NCBI GenBank assembly: GCA_030390025.1
Contig: CM059431.1
Coordinates: 132,248,001 to 132,312,000 of the forward strand
Origin: Squalus acanthias
Taxonomy: Eukaryota
DNA length: 64,000 nucleotides
Direction of reading: 5' to 3'
The notes below the pieces were generated by a model that searched no databases, had not been told where the DNA came from, and saw nothing but the letters and a program-made list of their open reading frames with translations. This document shows positions 26,211-41,195 of the stretch, in pieces. Both the position numbers and the translations under genes were made by a program. Each line of letters opens with the position of its first letter. Position 1 is the first letter of the stretch.

Positions 26211-27401
26211 AAATGAGGTGATGTGATATAGTCAGTCGGTTAAAATATAGTGATGAGTGTTTTCTGTTCAATCTCTGAGCTTGTCACAAACTACCTAGCT
26301 ATTGGGCAGGTGAAGGAATTCTCTGGGTCTAAGAGAGCATGGAGTCGGCTACGGGAATGGTCTGAGACTCTAAACCCCAGAAAAATATCTGAAGTTGAAC
26401 CTCAAAAACATAAGTCTCTTCAGATGGCTATACGGGTCATTTCAAATGAGTTCAGGTAGTTTGACCCAATGTCTGATGTGCACAATGGGTAGCCAAAGTA
26501 GAAATGTTTCGCCAGGGCTAACACTCCTCACTTTGATGTGTGCAAAAATTAATCTAAAAATGTAAATTAAAAATTAACCGTAGTATTGGATAATGCCTGT
26601 AAAAAACTTAAACCCTAATCTCAGGATAGATAGTGCAAGAAATGCTCATACTACTGCAATAAAAGGCTGTCCTGTGAAAGCCTTCCTGGATTCACATTCA
26701 TTGGAAACTGGACTTAAATCGTCCGAGCTTAGTGTTTAACTGTTGGAGGAAAGAGACTTTCACCTCGTCTGTCGAGACTGGATTCAAGCCCATGTTTGAG
26801 CGGTAGAAGGGCAATTTTACATCCCTATCCTTGATGATACAGATCACATTTAAACAATATTTACAAATATCTAGCATGCTCTGAAAAACCATCAGTGAAG
26901 TTTACTTTTTAAAGAGCATTCATGAAAATAAGGAGGTAACTGTTTCCTGACATCTTTTTAAAGGAATAAATTTAAGTTTGTCTGAGCAGTCTAAAATAAA
27001 CTGGCATGAAAAATGGAATATACCAAGTTCTCAAACTCAGTATGTCTATATTTGGAGAGTGGCACTTTGGAGCAGAGCAATAGAGCTCCAGAGTCCTGTG
27101 TTACAGAATAGTTAGGTATGGGTTTGCATCTACAGATCCCCACCTCATAAATTCTAAGCTATGGGCAAGCATTGAATAGAAGCCAGGTTCTTCCCCACAG
27201 CAAGACAGGAAATTTTAGACAGCTAATCTTTGCAGGCCATCCTCACGCAGCTCCTACTGACCAATTATAGAGGAGATGCCAGGGTGCTAGCCTTTATCTT
27301 GTCCTCTCAGATTGGTATGGTGTGGGATGCAGAGAGACAATTAGAGGGACAAAATTAAAAGACCAAACAACCTTAATGTGTACATGAACAAGAAGAGATG
27401 C

Positions 27402-28323
27402 TAGAATCATAGAATGATACAGCACAGAAGGAGGCCATTCGGTCCATCGTGCCTGTGATGGCTCTTTGAAAGATCTATCCAATCAGTCCCACTCCCCTGC
27501 TCTGTCCCCATCGCCCTGCAAATGTTTCCCCTTCAAGCATTTATCCAATTCCCTTTTGAAAGTTACTATTGAATCGACTTCAACCACCCTTTCAGGCAGT
27601 GCATTTTAGATCATGATAACTTGCTGTGTTACATTTTTTGTACTCATGTCACTTCAGGTTCTTTTGCCAATTAACTTAAATCTGTGTCCTCTGGTTACTG
27701 ACCCTTCAGCCACTGGAAACAGTTTCTTCTTATTTACTCTATCAAAACCCTTCATGATTATGAACACCTCTATCAAATCTCCCCTTAACCTTCTCTGCTG
27801 TAAAGAGAACAGCCCCAGTTTCTCTAGTCTCTCCACATAACTGAAGTCCTTCATCCCTGGTACCGTTCTAGTAAATCTCCTCTGCACCCTCTCTAAGGCC
27901 TTGACATCCCTCCTAAAGTGTGGTGCCCAGAATTGGCCACAATAATCCAGCTGGGGCCTAACCAGTGATTTAAAAAGGTTTAGCATAACTTCCTTGCTTT
28001 TGTACTCTATTCCTTAATTAATAAAGACAAGGATCCAGTATGCTTTTTAAACAGCCTTCTCAACCTGTCCTGCCATCTTCAAAGATTTGTGTACACACCC
28101 CCCCAGGTGTCTCTGTTCCTGCACCCCCTTGAAAATTGTACCATTTAGTTTATATTGTCTCTCCTCATTCTTCCTACCAAAATGAATCATTTCACACTTC
28201 TCTGCGATAAATTTCATCTGCCATGTGTCTGGCAATTTCACCAGTCTGTCTATGTCCTCCTGAAGTCTGTTACTATCCCCTTCACTGTTTACTACATTTC
28301 CGAGTTTTGTATCATCTGCAAAC
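27402..28323 (-). mobile_element. CR1 3' fragment
   Basis: ORFs 27654-27986 and 28047-28241 carry CR1 C-terminal motifs. TAGAATCATAGAA tail. Confidence 0.9.
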
Positions 28324-28332
28324 TATACTGTT

Positions 28333-28880
28333 CCATAAATGTTCAAGTGATATCTAATCACAGAATCCTGATAGTACGCATTAATGCCCGTTATCCAAAC
28401 AGCACCCAAGATGCTTTTATTATGCAGCAGTCCATGATGCCCATATTATTTGAAGATCCCAAGAGAATGAACAGATGGCTCTTGTGAGACTTGGGCTACC
28501 ATTTGCATCCATGGCTGATGATCCCAACTAGAACACCCCACCCCCAACATAGCAGCAGAACGTAAGTGCAGTGAGGCCCATGAGACAATCCAAGTTATTG
28601 TGGAGCACACCATAGGAATACTGACATAGCAATTCCATTCTTTGGACTGCTCAGGCAAGCTGTTAATCTACAGTCCAGCGAAGGTTACAAAAATCATCAC
28701 TGCTGCATGCTACACAATCTTACCATTCAAATTACCATGCAGGACAAAGTGGGGGCCCAAGCAGGTGTAGAAACAGAGGAAGAAGATGAGGAAGAGGAGG
28801 TGGCTGATATGAAGAGAGCTGGTGTGCAGGCAAGCAGTCTGTGATGGAGAACTATATCCAGTAATGAACACGTCCTCCAA
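28333..28880 (+). pseudogene. Old Harbinger transposase remnant (different subfamily)
   Basis: Translates ...INARYPNSTQDAFIMQQS...WLL*DLGYHLHPWLM..., then VVEHTIGIL, CCMLHN and an acidic tail. Confidence 0.75.
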
Positions 28881-29171
28881 CTGAATAATTTTGTCTTTGC
28901 TCTGAAAACACACACATTGTGGCCCCAAAGAACATGCAGCACATTACCTCTTATTGGCAAGAGAGAGATGGCAGGTTAGCCTGAACCCTGGGAATGCTGA
29001 TGTGGTATAATGAAGCGTTCATTTTCAATGCATGTACAGAAACAGCTGCCAGTTGCCAACAGACATAACCAAGCAGGTCTCAGGTCATTTTAGACAACAG
29101 TTTAGAGAGTTTCAAATCCCTTCCTTCTTCACTATTATTTCTGTTAAAGTTGTAAATGAAAGATGATAACG

Positions 29172-31960
29172 ACATAGAATTATAGAGTCTACAGCACAAA
29201 AACGGGCAATTCGGCACAACTGGTCTATGCCAACGTTTATGATCCACACGAGCTTCCTCCCACCCTTCTTCATCTAACCCTATCATCATATCCTTCTATT
29301 CCTTTCGCCCTCATGTGCTTATCTAGCTTCACATTAAATGCATCTATGCAATTCGCCTCAACCACTCCCTGTGGTAGGGAGTTCCACATTCTCACCTCTC
29401 TCTGGGTAAAGAAGTTTCTCCTGAATTCCCTATTGGATTTATTGGTGACTATCTTATATTTATGGCCCCTAGTTTGGTCTCCCCCACAAGTGGAAACAGC
29501 TTCTCTACGTCTACCCTACCAAACCGTTTCGTGATTATGAACTCCTCTATCAAATATCATTACAAGACCTCTATCAGGTCACCCTTCAGCCTTATCTTTT
29601 CTAGAGAAAAGAACCCCAGCCTAGTCAGCCTTTCCTGATATGTATATCCTATCATTTCTGGTATCATCCTTCTGAATCTTTTTTGCGCCTTAGAATCATA
29701 GAATCATAGAAAGTTACAGCACGGAAGGAGGCCATTTCAGCCCATCGTGTCCGCACCGGCCAACAAAGAGCTATCCAGCCTAATCCCACTTCCCAGCTCT
29801 TGGTCCGTAGCCCTGCAGGTTGCAGCATCCCAAGTGCACATCCAAGTACTTTTTAAATGTGGTTACGGTTTCTGCCTCTACCACCCTTTCAGGCAGTGAG
29901 TTCCAGACCCCCACAACCCTCTGAGTGAAGAAATTTCCCCTCAAATCCCCTCTAAACCTTCCCCCAGTTACTTTAAATCTGTGCCCCCTGGTTTTTGACC
30001 CCTCTGCTAAGGGAAATAGGTCCTTTCTATCCACTTTATCTATGCCCCTCATAATTTTATACACCTCAAATCAAAACAGTACTCCCAAGTGTGGACTAAC
30101 CAAGGTTCTATAAATGTTTAACTTAATTTCTCTGCTTTTCAATTCTATCTCTCACGAAATGAACCCCAGTGCTTGGTTTGCTTTTTTTATGGCTTTATTA
30201 ATCTGTGTCGCTACTTTTAGTGATCTGTGTATCTGTACCCCCAGATCCCTTTGCTCCTTTACCCCATTTAGACTCTTCTTATCCAAGCAGTATGTGGCCT
30301 CCTTATTCTTCTTACCAAAATGTAACACTTATCTATATTGAAATTCATTTGTCAATTACTTACCCATTCTACAAGTTTATTAATGACTTCTTGTATTTTG
30401 TTGCAGTCTTCCTCAGTATTTACAATACCCCCAATTTGGTATCGTCTGCAAATTTTGAAATTGTACTTCTGATTCCCAAGTCCAAATCATTTATGTAAAT
30501 TGTGAACAATGGTGGTCCCAGCACCGATCCTTGTGTAATATCACTTCCCACCTTTTACCAATCTGAGTAGCTACCCTTAACTCCCACTCTCTGTTTTCTG
30601 TTCTGTAGCCAACTTGCTATCCATTCTGCTACTTGTCCCCTGACTCCACATGCTCTGACCGTAGTCATGAATCTACTACTTATCGAAGGCCTTTTGAAAA
30701 TCCAAATATATTTCACCTACTGCATTACCCTTGTCTACTCTTTCTGTTATTTCTTCAAATAATTAAATAAGGTAGGTCAAGCATGACCTTCGCTTTTGAA
30801 ATCCGTGCTGACTACTCTATTATATTGTATTTTCTGTTTTCAGATGTTTTTCTGTTACATCTTTGAGTAAGAATTCCATTATCTTTCCTACCACCGATGT
30901 TAATATAACTGGTCTATAGTTCTTGGAACTTAGTCTATCTCCCTTTTTAAATATAGGAATAACATTAGTTGTCCGCCAGTCCTCTGGCACTATTCCCTTT
31001 TCTAATGATTTATATATACATATATATATATATGTAATAGTTCCTTTGCTCGGATGCAATCCATCCGGATCAGGGGTTTTAACCTCTCTAAGTTTGATTA
31101 GGTTATGAATTATCTCCCCCTTTCTGTCTTAAATGTCTTTATATCTTTTTTGATCTCTTCTTCCAATGTGATGCCCACCTTGTTAGTCTCCCTGGTAAAT
31201 ACTGATGCAAATTAACTTTTCAGTATCTCTGCCATTTCACTGTCATTAGCTGTGTGTTTATTTTATACATCCCTTAATGGTCCTATCCCTATCATGATTT
31301 TTCTTTAGTTATTTATGTGTCTGTACAATACTTTACTATTTGTTTTTATATTCTTTGATAATTTAATTTCGTAGTTCCTCTTTGCTTTCCTAATTATTTT
31401 TTAATTACGTCTTTCCTAACCTCTTCGTATTTCCTTTTATCATCCTCTCCTTTATTGTCCAAGTACTTAGTGTATGCCTTGTTCTTTAGTTTCGATTTTA
31501 CCCTTACCTCTTTATTCATCCATAGTGTTTCATTATTGGCTAGTTTGCTCTTGTTTTTTAGTGGAATATATTTCTCCTGAACTCTGTTGATCACAATTTT
31601 AAATATTTCCCACTGCTGTTCTATCTATTTGTCTATCAAAACATTTTTTCCAGTTTACCTTCCCTAGTTCCATTCTCATCCCTTCAAAATTAGCTTCTTT
31701 CCAATCTATTACTTGTTCCTTGTCTTACCTATGTCTTTCTCAACCATTAGTTTAAACCATATTATGTTATGATCACTATTGCCTCGATGTTCCCCTACGC
31801 TTACTTCTTTATCTGCTCTCGTTCATTTCCCATTGCTAGATCCAGCAGTGATTCCTCCCTTGTTGGGCTTCTTACATATTGGGTAATAAAGGAGTCCTGA
31901 ACACATTGCAAAAACTCCATTCCCTCTTGCCAGTTTATTTGGAGGTAATTGAAATTTCCC
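29172..31960 (-). mobile_element. Degenerate CR1 (about 2.8 kb) containing a nested younger CR1 3' piece (about 29691-30068)
   Basis: Minus-strand CR1 motifs (VPEDWRTTNVIPIFKKG...NYRPVILTSVVGK). A second (TAGAATCA)n tail at 29691 marks the nested copy. Confidence 0.85.
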
Positions 31961-31961
31961 A

Positions 31962-33003
31962 GGCTGGCAGGCTGTAACTAGTGGGGTACCGCAAGGATCA
32001 GTGCTGGGGCCTCAGCTATTCACAATCTATATCAATGACTTAGATGAGGGGACCAAATGCAATGTATCCAAGTTTGCTGATGATACAAAGCTAGGTGGGA
32101 ATGTAAGTTGTGAGGAGAATGCAAGGAGGCTTCAAGGGGATATAGGCAAGCTAAGTCAGTGGGCAAGAACATGGCAAATGAATATAATGTGGAGAAATAT
32201 GAAGTTATCCACTTTGGTAGGAAAAATAGAAAAGCAGAGTATTTTTTAAATGGTGAGAGATTGGGAAATGTTGGTGTTCAGAGGGACCTGGGTATCCTTG
32301 TACACGAATCACTGAAAGTTAACATGTAGGTACAGCAAGCAATTAGGAAAGAAAATGGTATGTTGGCCTTTATTACAAGAGGATTTGAGTATAAGAGTAA
32401 AGACGTCTTAGCGCAATTATATCGGGCCCTGGTGAGACCACACCTGGAATATTGTGTGCAGTTTTGGTCTCCTTATCTAAGGAAGGATATACTTGCCATA
32501 GAGGGAGTGAAACGAAGGTTCACCAGACTGATTCCTGGGATGGGGGGATTGTCCTGTGAGGAGAGATTGAGTAGACTAGGTCTATATTCTCCAGAGTTTA
32601 GAAGAATGAGGGGTGATCTCATTGAAACATATAAAATTCTTACAGCGCTTGACAGGGTAGATGCAGGGAAGATGTTTCCCCCTGGCTGGGTTGTCTAGAA
32701 CCAGGGGTCACAGTCTCAGAATAAGGGGTCGGCCATTTAGGACTGAGATGAGGAGAAATTTCTTCACTCAGAGGGTGGTGAATCTTTGGAATTCTCTACC
32801 CCAGAGGGCTGTGGAAGCTCAGTCGTTGAGTATATTCAGGACAGAGATCGATAGATTTTTGGATATTAAGGGAATCAAGGGATATGGGGATAGTGCAAGA
32901 AAGTGGAGTTGAGGTTGAAGATAAGCCATGATCTTATTGAATGGTGGAGCAGACTTGCGGGGCAGAATGGCCTACTCCTGCTCCTATTTCTTATGTTCTT
33001 ATC
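31962..33003 (+). mobile_element. CR1 3' fragment abutting the previous CR1 in the opposite orientation
   Basis: ORFs 32001-32249, 32360-32698 and 32661-32912 ([30 protein letters not shown]). TTCTTATGTTCTT tail. Confidence 0.92.
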
Positions 33004-36000
33004 TTATTAAGGCCAGGTTAGAACATCCTGTTTTTTGTAGATAGCATATATCTGGGAAATTTTCCACACCTTCACGTAGATACCAGTATCATAGATGTAT
33101 GATATCTATATCAACAGCTTGGCCAGGTGAATGGCTCATTCTGGTGCACGGGTCTTCAGCACTACAACCGAGATATTTTCAGGGCCCATTGCTTTTGCAT
33201 GTCTAGTGTACTCACTCACTTCTTAATATCACATGGAGTGAACCAAATTTGTTTTACAGTAACAACTATAATAGTGGGGACCTCAGAAAGAGACTGAGTT
33301 AGGATCATTCACTTGGCACTTTTGGCTGAAGACACTTGCAAGCAAGTAGCCTTGCCTTGCACACATCCTGGATTCCACCATGGTTGAGAAAGGGGATAAT
33401 TATGAAGCCTCCTACTCCGATCGTTGCCGAATTACCCACCACCAGCTCTGACACTGAAGTAAATGTAATGCATTTAGCAATTTTACACCTATTTATGGAA
33501 TCTATTTTCACTGTGTTATGTAACTATTTAATATGACAAAGTTTAAGATGTTTGAGCTTAAAATTGAGGCACATTATTGGGACAGAGTGGAGAAAGCTTT
33601 ACTCTTCATTTAACAGTAACCTAATGTGATAGTGCTTGATGTTGACATTATTATTCATTCATGGGATGTGGGCATCACTGGCAAGGCTGGCATTTATTGC
33701 CCATTCAAAGTGTTCCTTCCCCCAATATTAACAAGACCCTTCACTTTTATAAGTACATCATTCTCTTGGGAAAAAACCTCCTAAACCAAGCTAATTTATA
33801 CGAAGTATAGCACACAGGTGATAGCTCTTAATAAACTCATAATCTAGTTGCTATGATACAGAGGAAGCTTCTAATGTGTCTTCGTAATAAAATGGTGAAC
33901 ATCAGCAAGAGACCATGATTGGGTTCAGAAGTGTTTGCATGATGTTCAGTACAAAAGATATCCCAATCATAGCATGTGTCATTGTGATTATGGTTCATAG
34001 AACTGTATTGATTATGTTGTTCGCTGTTATTATGGGGTGTTTAGTGTTTAAAGCTGAGTAGCGTGTAAACCATTTGAAAAAGAGTTTTAATGAAAAATTC
34101 GATCATTGTTGCATCCTCTCTATTTTTCAGTGGGTAGCAAGAAACTAACAGTCTCACATGGTTGATATCGCTCCAGACATTATTAATATTTAATTTAGTT
34201 CTTGTTTCTGTTATCTTTTAGCCAAGATTAATAACATTCATTATTACTTGGAGGTTGATTTGCAGAACTTTACATGTTGATAGTTTTTAAATGTGATATC
34301 TGCAGCATTAAGTGGGATTATTTATTTGGTATAACTCAAATCAGGTACTATCTTTTCATGCAAGATTACAGATGCACAATTGGGAACTATAGATTATCAG
34401 ATTATCATGGATGAGAACGGGCTCATAATTCGCGTGTGACTAAATTGAGGCTCTCTTATGAGTGATCGTAGTATTCGTTCTACTGCTCCATATTGTGCAT
34501 TTCCTTTTATATCTCAAGCCACTCTTTAAGAATGCAAGCTTGAAGTTGCAAATCTTGATCAACAACATCACAGATTTGGTTGTGGTGGTCAGAGTGCCTA
34601 ATTCACAATTCCACGTATCAATTTTAATCGCTAAACTGCATTCTCAATGAGTGAGACTCTACTTTAAGAGCAGAATCATGCAATTTTGGGGCTAAGACCA
34701 GTTTTAAGTTAATTTTAAAAACGTCTTTGTTGAAATACCAAGCTGCTGCATGACGTTACCGAGAAGCATCTGTGACACCACAGGGCCCACAAGGGTACAA
34801 TATACAAATGTAAGCCTCGAAGATCTGCAGGTTGCGATCTTGACGGTTCTGCTGCGTTTCTGTATGCCAGTGTCGTCCAGTGTTGACCCTGCCAGGGTTC
34901 GTGGTGTCAGTGGAATGGCACCTGTTTGCATGGGGCAAGCGGGCATATATGCTACTATAGGCACATCTCCAGCAGCCAAGAGCCCGATATGAATGGAAAA
35001 TCTATGCCTGCCCTCTATTGGGGGTGGTGGAGGGGGTGGGGGGATTGCCCAAGCCCCTCCCACGAGACTGCATCCATCTTCCCCCAATTGTTTTTCTTAA
35101 AAACGCTGATCTTTCTTCAGGGGCCCAGGACACTTACCTGACCTGGATACTCCCAGTAAGGTCTGATTGCACTCATCTGGAGGGATGTAAGAACTCCAGT
35201 GCAGGGAATCTTGCCCCTGGCTTTGCCTCCTTGACATTATTGGCTTTGTAAGAGGTGAGATGTAAGATGGTTTGCCCTTTCTAAGGCCGATCGGGAGCTC
35301 CTGGTTCAATCACACTGATCGAGTCCAGCAGAACCCTTAGGAAATTTAGGGCCATATTCTGTAAAGTAAAGGACTGAAAATCTTTCCTGTAATATTGGCT
35401 GGGGATTGTAAAACAATAATACATTATTTGAAGTCTTTTAGTTATGCAAATTCATTCATAGTCAGTTCCAAAATCTCATTTTAGATCTGGCCTCTGAAGT
35501 GTTTTTCCACATTGTGTGTGTTTATCTTCACATACTTCTTACAATGCTCGATCATTTATTTATTGAGGGTGGAGTCCTCTTATTTCCCATTAAGGTTTAA
35601 TAGTTCAATTTTAAAAGCATTCCACTTCTTAAGATAATGGTGAATGTTTGCCTGAATAATCAGGTCTGCAGCACCAGCAATAAAGAAAAATTGTCTCTAT
35701 AAAATGAAAGCTGCTAACTGTAAAGTTTTCGCCTTTAGCTTTTCATTTAAGTGGTGGGTAGTTTTAACATAGTTTCATTTGGGGGTTGTACATAAAAATG
35801 AGACCTTTTAAAGCACAGATCATCGTAATCTAAACTCAAATCCATCAGCAGGATGCAAAAGCAAATGGGCTTTCTCCAGCTGCATTCCATGTGGGGTTGT
35901 ACTGGTGAATTAATATTCATAACTAAATTTGGTTTATAATTCCAGTGTGCTTTTGTTTTGGCACATCACAATTATGCCTGAACTCTAGCAGGAAATAGTC

Positions 36001-37940
36001 TCACACTACACAAGTAATGAGATTGAAATGTGCATTTTCTGCTTAGTTGCTGCACCATAATATATAATAATGTATTTTTAAAAACATTTTTTAATTCATA
36101 ATAGCAGTGAGATTGGTGGCACAAACCCAAACTGATGTTTAATAATGTGTTGCGAAAGTCTTGTAATGGCACTAATGGGAATTAAAATGTGGCAGAAATA
36201 CAATTTAGCAGAATGCGAATAACATCTAGACATTTGGAGTAGGAGTGAGAACATTTCTGACTGTCTCAGCAAGGATGTTTTGCAAAGATATTTCACTGTG
36301 CCAGATATTTAAATTACAGTTCGATGCCAGGATTTTCTATTATGCTTCCTGCACTACAAATGAACCATCACATCAACTTTTCTGATGCAGTAAGTAACTG
36401 AAGGGGTTGAAAACCATTACATTTTTGGTTCAGCTGTCTCTCTACATCATAAGGATGCCAGAGGGAAACACTGAAGGAGCTTTCCTGTTTCATAAGTACG
36501 TGTTCCAATAAAAATCTCTTTCTCTTTCTGTTCCATGCATCTCCTTTCCTCTGGCTCCTCAGAGGACTGTCTGGAAGGCAATGCAACATGGCGTAAGCTT
36601 CAACATTCCAATTCTTCATAGTCATCTCCATTTGTCTTTGAATACTAATGGTGCCAAACTGTCCACTATAGATATTCCATCAGAGTAACTCCTCCCTGTT
36701 CCAGTATCATGCATCAATCTGTTTTTAAACAATGTTATTCATATATATTAATTAGCAAATATTTGATGCTGATATGTCTTTATCCAGTTAACTATTTTAT
36801 GCTTTGGATAGCGGATTTCTTCAAAAATGGTCAGTAGTTATTACTATACTCATGCTTCGTTTTCGTGTTAGTCTATTCAATCACAGGTATGATTGAGGAC
36901 TTGGAGTAATGACAGAACTAGAGCACAGCAGGATTTGTTTTTTTGCTATCATATTCTGTGAGGTTTTATTTTAATGAACTTGTTCAATCAGTGAAAAAGG
37001 AGATAGAGAACTCTGGGATAAGTGTAGGAATCTTCTAAAACAAATTAAAAGTACAAAGAGGATTCTGGAAATGCGTATGGCTAACACAAAATTCTTCCAC
37101 TGCCATAATAGAAAAAGAGTAGTTAGGGAGGATGTTAGACTCTAATAGATTAAAAGTGGCAGTGAAATTAAAGCAGATAAGAGTTGAAATTATTAAATTA
37201 ATTTTTTTCAGCGGCAGTCATTAGAGACTCGCTGTCCAATTTCTGTAGTATACTCAGTGATCTAGAGGACTTTGAGTCAGTGTACCAGAGGTACTTGATA
37301 AGTTAGGGGGACTAAAAAGCAACAAGTTCCCTGAACCAGATTGTGTAAAATGGATATAGTTAGGTGCTGGATCATGAGCCATTTTATCTGACCACACTGT
37401 AAGGTGTAGCAAGAGGACTGCCTTGACCAGCTGTTCACGGTACAAAGGAGAGCTTCTTACATATGGCAGTCCTTACAGTCTGTTCATTGCCTGAAATCAT
37501 GCTTAGAGCCAGTGGTGAAGGTAAGTGCCAACACCCACTCCAGGGTGATAGGTTTGATCCAATTCTTTTTTTCCAGGAAAATTTTGTAAAAAGAAAATGC
37601 TAATTTAAAATGCTCAGAGTGGCAGTTAAGGCCTGTTCTAATTGGCCATAAGGTTACTTTGAAACTAAATGCAAACAATTAGGAGTGGTTGACTAATAGC
37701 ACAAACCCTCTCTGATTTACATAAAACTCTCACAGAAATGTTAAATTCTGTGTGCACAGAATGGAACCCACAGTATGTTCCTTTTCAAACTGGCATTAAG
37801 AGGGGGCGGTAAACTCATACGCTTAAAATAGGTTTCAACGTTTCTAACTAGACTATGAAAGTATTGGCAAATTGCTGCTACTCCATGAATAGTATTATTT
37901 TTTTGTTGAAAAGACAGCCGATATTATGGTTTGCATTATT

Positions 37941-38871
37941 GGGCTGAATTTTAATGGGGAAGGCTCCAAGGCAGTTGGGAAACCCGGGAGAACGTGTTTC
38001 CCGCAGGCCCTGCCGAATTTAACGGCGGGGCCTGATTTGCATGGGAAGTGTCTGTTTCCCACCCGCAGCCAGCCAGATTGAGAGGCTGGCCGGCTCCAGA
38101 TGGGTAGACCTGCGGCCGCAGAGAGGAGGGAGGGAGGGATCGCATTGGAGGCTGGGGGGGACGGCCAGAGGAGCATGGAGGGGTGGGGGGCTGCAACAGC
38201 ATGGGTTGGGGTGGGGGAGTCACTAAGGATCACGGGATGCGAGGAGGATCGGGGGCTGGCGAAGGATCGGGGAGGTGGGGGGAGGGTGCGAGGAGGATTG
38301 GGGGCCAGGTGACGGCTGGCAAAAGATCGGGAGGGGGGGATGCGAAGAGGATTGGGGGCCGGGAGCAGCCCGGGGGGGTGCGAAGAGCATCAGGAACCAG
38401 GAGGAGCATGGGGGGTTGGGTGGGGGGCAGTCGCTGAATGATCAGGGGCCAGGACCAGTACGAGGAGTGGTGGGGCTGGAGGAGCGGGGGGAGGCCTCGT
38501 GGGGGGATCTTAGGTCTGGGGTGGGGGGGGGGGAGGGTGTTAGGTAGGAACTCTGGATCTAGGAGGTAAGTACCTTTACACTTACAGTCCTCAACTTGCA
38601 TAAGCTGGTGGGTTTCACGAGGCGTGCAAAACCCAACCAGCTAATGTTAAATACAAAATGGAGGTTAAAGCAGAGGCTTCCAGCCTCATTATAATATTTA
38701 AATAGACGACCTGCCTCCTAGCAGTGGATTGGCTGCCCGCGCCCCATCAAGTCTCCGTTAAACCTCAAGTGGGCGGGTTGGAGGTGGGTTCAGGTCGGAA
38801 TTCAGATTTTTAACACTTTAACTACCCACACGCTACCAACCCACCTTTTTTTTCCGGTTAAAATTGCCCCC
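37941..38871. mobile_element. Harbinger-type MITE with a G-rich internal minisatellite
   Basis: TIRs GGGCTGAATTTTAA / TTAAAATTGCCCCC, flanked by an ATT TSD (37938-37940 and 38872-38874). Confidence 0.8.
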
Positions 38872-40444
38872 ATTGTGTCTGAACAATGCAGAGTTTTGAT
38901 TTATAATGGAGTCCTCTTTGTTTTCATTATGATAAATAAATGGTGCAGGCAGTTGCTATGGAGGGCTGGCAGTAGCTGTCAGCAATCCTCGCAAGGGGGA
39001 ATCTGGCACAGCTTTCTGATTGGTCATGTGCTTCACACACTGTACAGTTGCAGCAAATGCAATACATTCCACATAAATGTAAGTCCGTTACTTAGTAACC
39101 ACTCTATCACAGTCACTCTACTTATTGTAGGGTTAGAAGTTACTCCCTGGCTGTATGCGGTTCCATATCAAAACCGACAAGAATCTTTTGTGCAGATCAA
39201 CATCAGAGATGATAAGCAGTCTTTGCAGCAGGAGTTAGAGACTGTTTTGTTCAAGTGAACAGTGAGCCTTTTCTAGATTTGAATTTTATCCACTGTCAAA
39301 AAATCAAACCTACAGGCATGCTCCTTTAAGAAACTTCATCTGAAGCTGCAGTATAAAATAAAACAATTTGCAACATCATTGGTAACACTTACAAATATTT
39401 CAAGTGAAAAATTTTTTATTTAAACACCATACCTGAAAGAGATAAGGTCCATAAAAATACTGCTTTTATATATTTGGTTGGAAAAAATATTTTTGGATAG
39501 TACAAGCTTGAGTAAGAATTTCTTTTTTACTCTGAACATCAGTCGAGTTAATGCAAGAGGAAGCAGAGCAGGATGTCTGTCCCTGTGGACTGTATTACCC
39601 TCTATGCAGGAATCTCAGATATAAGGTACATCTTAGTTAACTGCCCATTCTCACTCAGAAACTCCTGATTATGCCAGTAGTTTTTGATTGTGATGGCATT
39701 GGCTTGGTAGCAGACCGCCACCATCTTCAGAATAAGCCTGGTTTGGATAATTTAAACAGTGGGTTGCTTCCCACAGAGTATACTTTTAATAAAAATGAAA
39801 AGTTCAGGGTGAAGAAAAGTCTGTATAGATAAGTTGTGATGTATACTGTATACTATGTGCACACATCTCTGCTAGAGATGAGTAATTAAAAGTCTATGCA
39901 TAGTTATGCAGTGCAGGGAATACCCGCAATACGATACACTCACCGCTGCCACTGGCCCGTTTCCAAGTCTACTGGTCTCAGTGTAGCTGCCAGTTTCAAT
40001 TCAAGTTCTGGTGTATGAGTGAACAATTATGTTTTTTTAATTTTCGAGTGTGAGTATGTTTAAAGTATCAGGTAGTGTAGTTGAGTTTACTATAGCCTGG
40101 TTAAGTGATAGTGGGGTAACTTTCAACTTTGATGGGGTGAAAAACTGGCTATATCCGTTCAATGGAAAGGAAAATGGGGGGGGCGGGTGGAGTTGGGGTG
40201 TTTAACTAGAGGCCAATCCAATAACCACCAGTTTTCCGCCCCTGCCAAGGTTGCAAGTTATTGAGATGAATGGTTGTAAGGGGCACATTTGGAATTTCGG
40301 CGGAGCTGTTCCCACTCCGCTGCCGGAAGTACAGTGGAAACTCCGTTTACACGTGAAGTTCCCGCGGCGGATCAGGAGCAGCTCTGAGGAAGGTCCGCAT
40401 GGTTTAACACGGGTGAGGGTAATTTTGTGAAATTCAGTAACTAT

Positions 40445-41195
40445 GGCCCGTATTTTGCGATGCCTACGGGTGTGTACGCGCTGTGTACACACTCGTAGCG
40501 ACATCGGAAATGCCGGTTTCAGGCATGCGAAGCGCATGCACTGAAAACCGGCATTTCCGATCTGTCAAGAATGCTCTTGACAGATCGGACGCCTGCCCTG
40601 GAGAAGGGCCTCTGTCGGGGGAGAGTTCCGCTTTCTGCAGAACCTCGGCCCACTGAAAACCCTTAGAAATCTTACGCCTGGTAAAAGCAGGCATAAGGCC
40701 TGCTTTTACCAGCATAAGAGTTGAAAGAAAGTTTTTTTTTAAAAATTCACTCATTTATAATTTTAAAATACTTTTAAAAAAGGTACATTTATTTTTAACC
40801 TTGTAAAAAACTTTAATTATTTTTCCAAAAAATTAAATTTTTGTTTAAAATATTTAATTTAATGTAATTTTAACTCATTTTAAAAATGTGATGGTTTTTT
40901 TAAATTTATTTAATGTTTTAGTGTCTTTTTAGCGTGACCTCCATTCATATATTTGACAGGTCAAAAGTATGAAGGGAGATTCCCTTCTCCTATTGGCTGG
41001 ATTGGCCCACGTGATCCCAGGATCGCTTGCGAACTGCATGCGCCCCTGGGATACGTGGGTCCTGCGTTTTTCGACTGTGAAGAGGCCCAGCATCGGAAGT
41101 GTCCGGACCTCGGGAGCCCTCAGGTAAGTTCGTAGATTTTTTTTCCGATAGGAGGCAACCGCACGCAGGAAGCCTCCTATCGGAAATTACGGGCC
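40445..41195. mobile_element. Harbinger-type MITE with an AT-rich core
   Basis: 17-bp TIRs GGCCCGTATTTTGCGAT / ATCGGAAATTACGGGCC (2 mismatches), flanked by a TAT TSD. Confidence 0.85.

Noticed and set aside
37035..37120. Possible next GPC6 exon (KLKVQRGFW-like peptide)
   Set aside because: No VTD/SLP/C motifs and no suitable splice acceptor; a chance resemblance. The next exon probably lies beyond the window.
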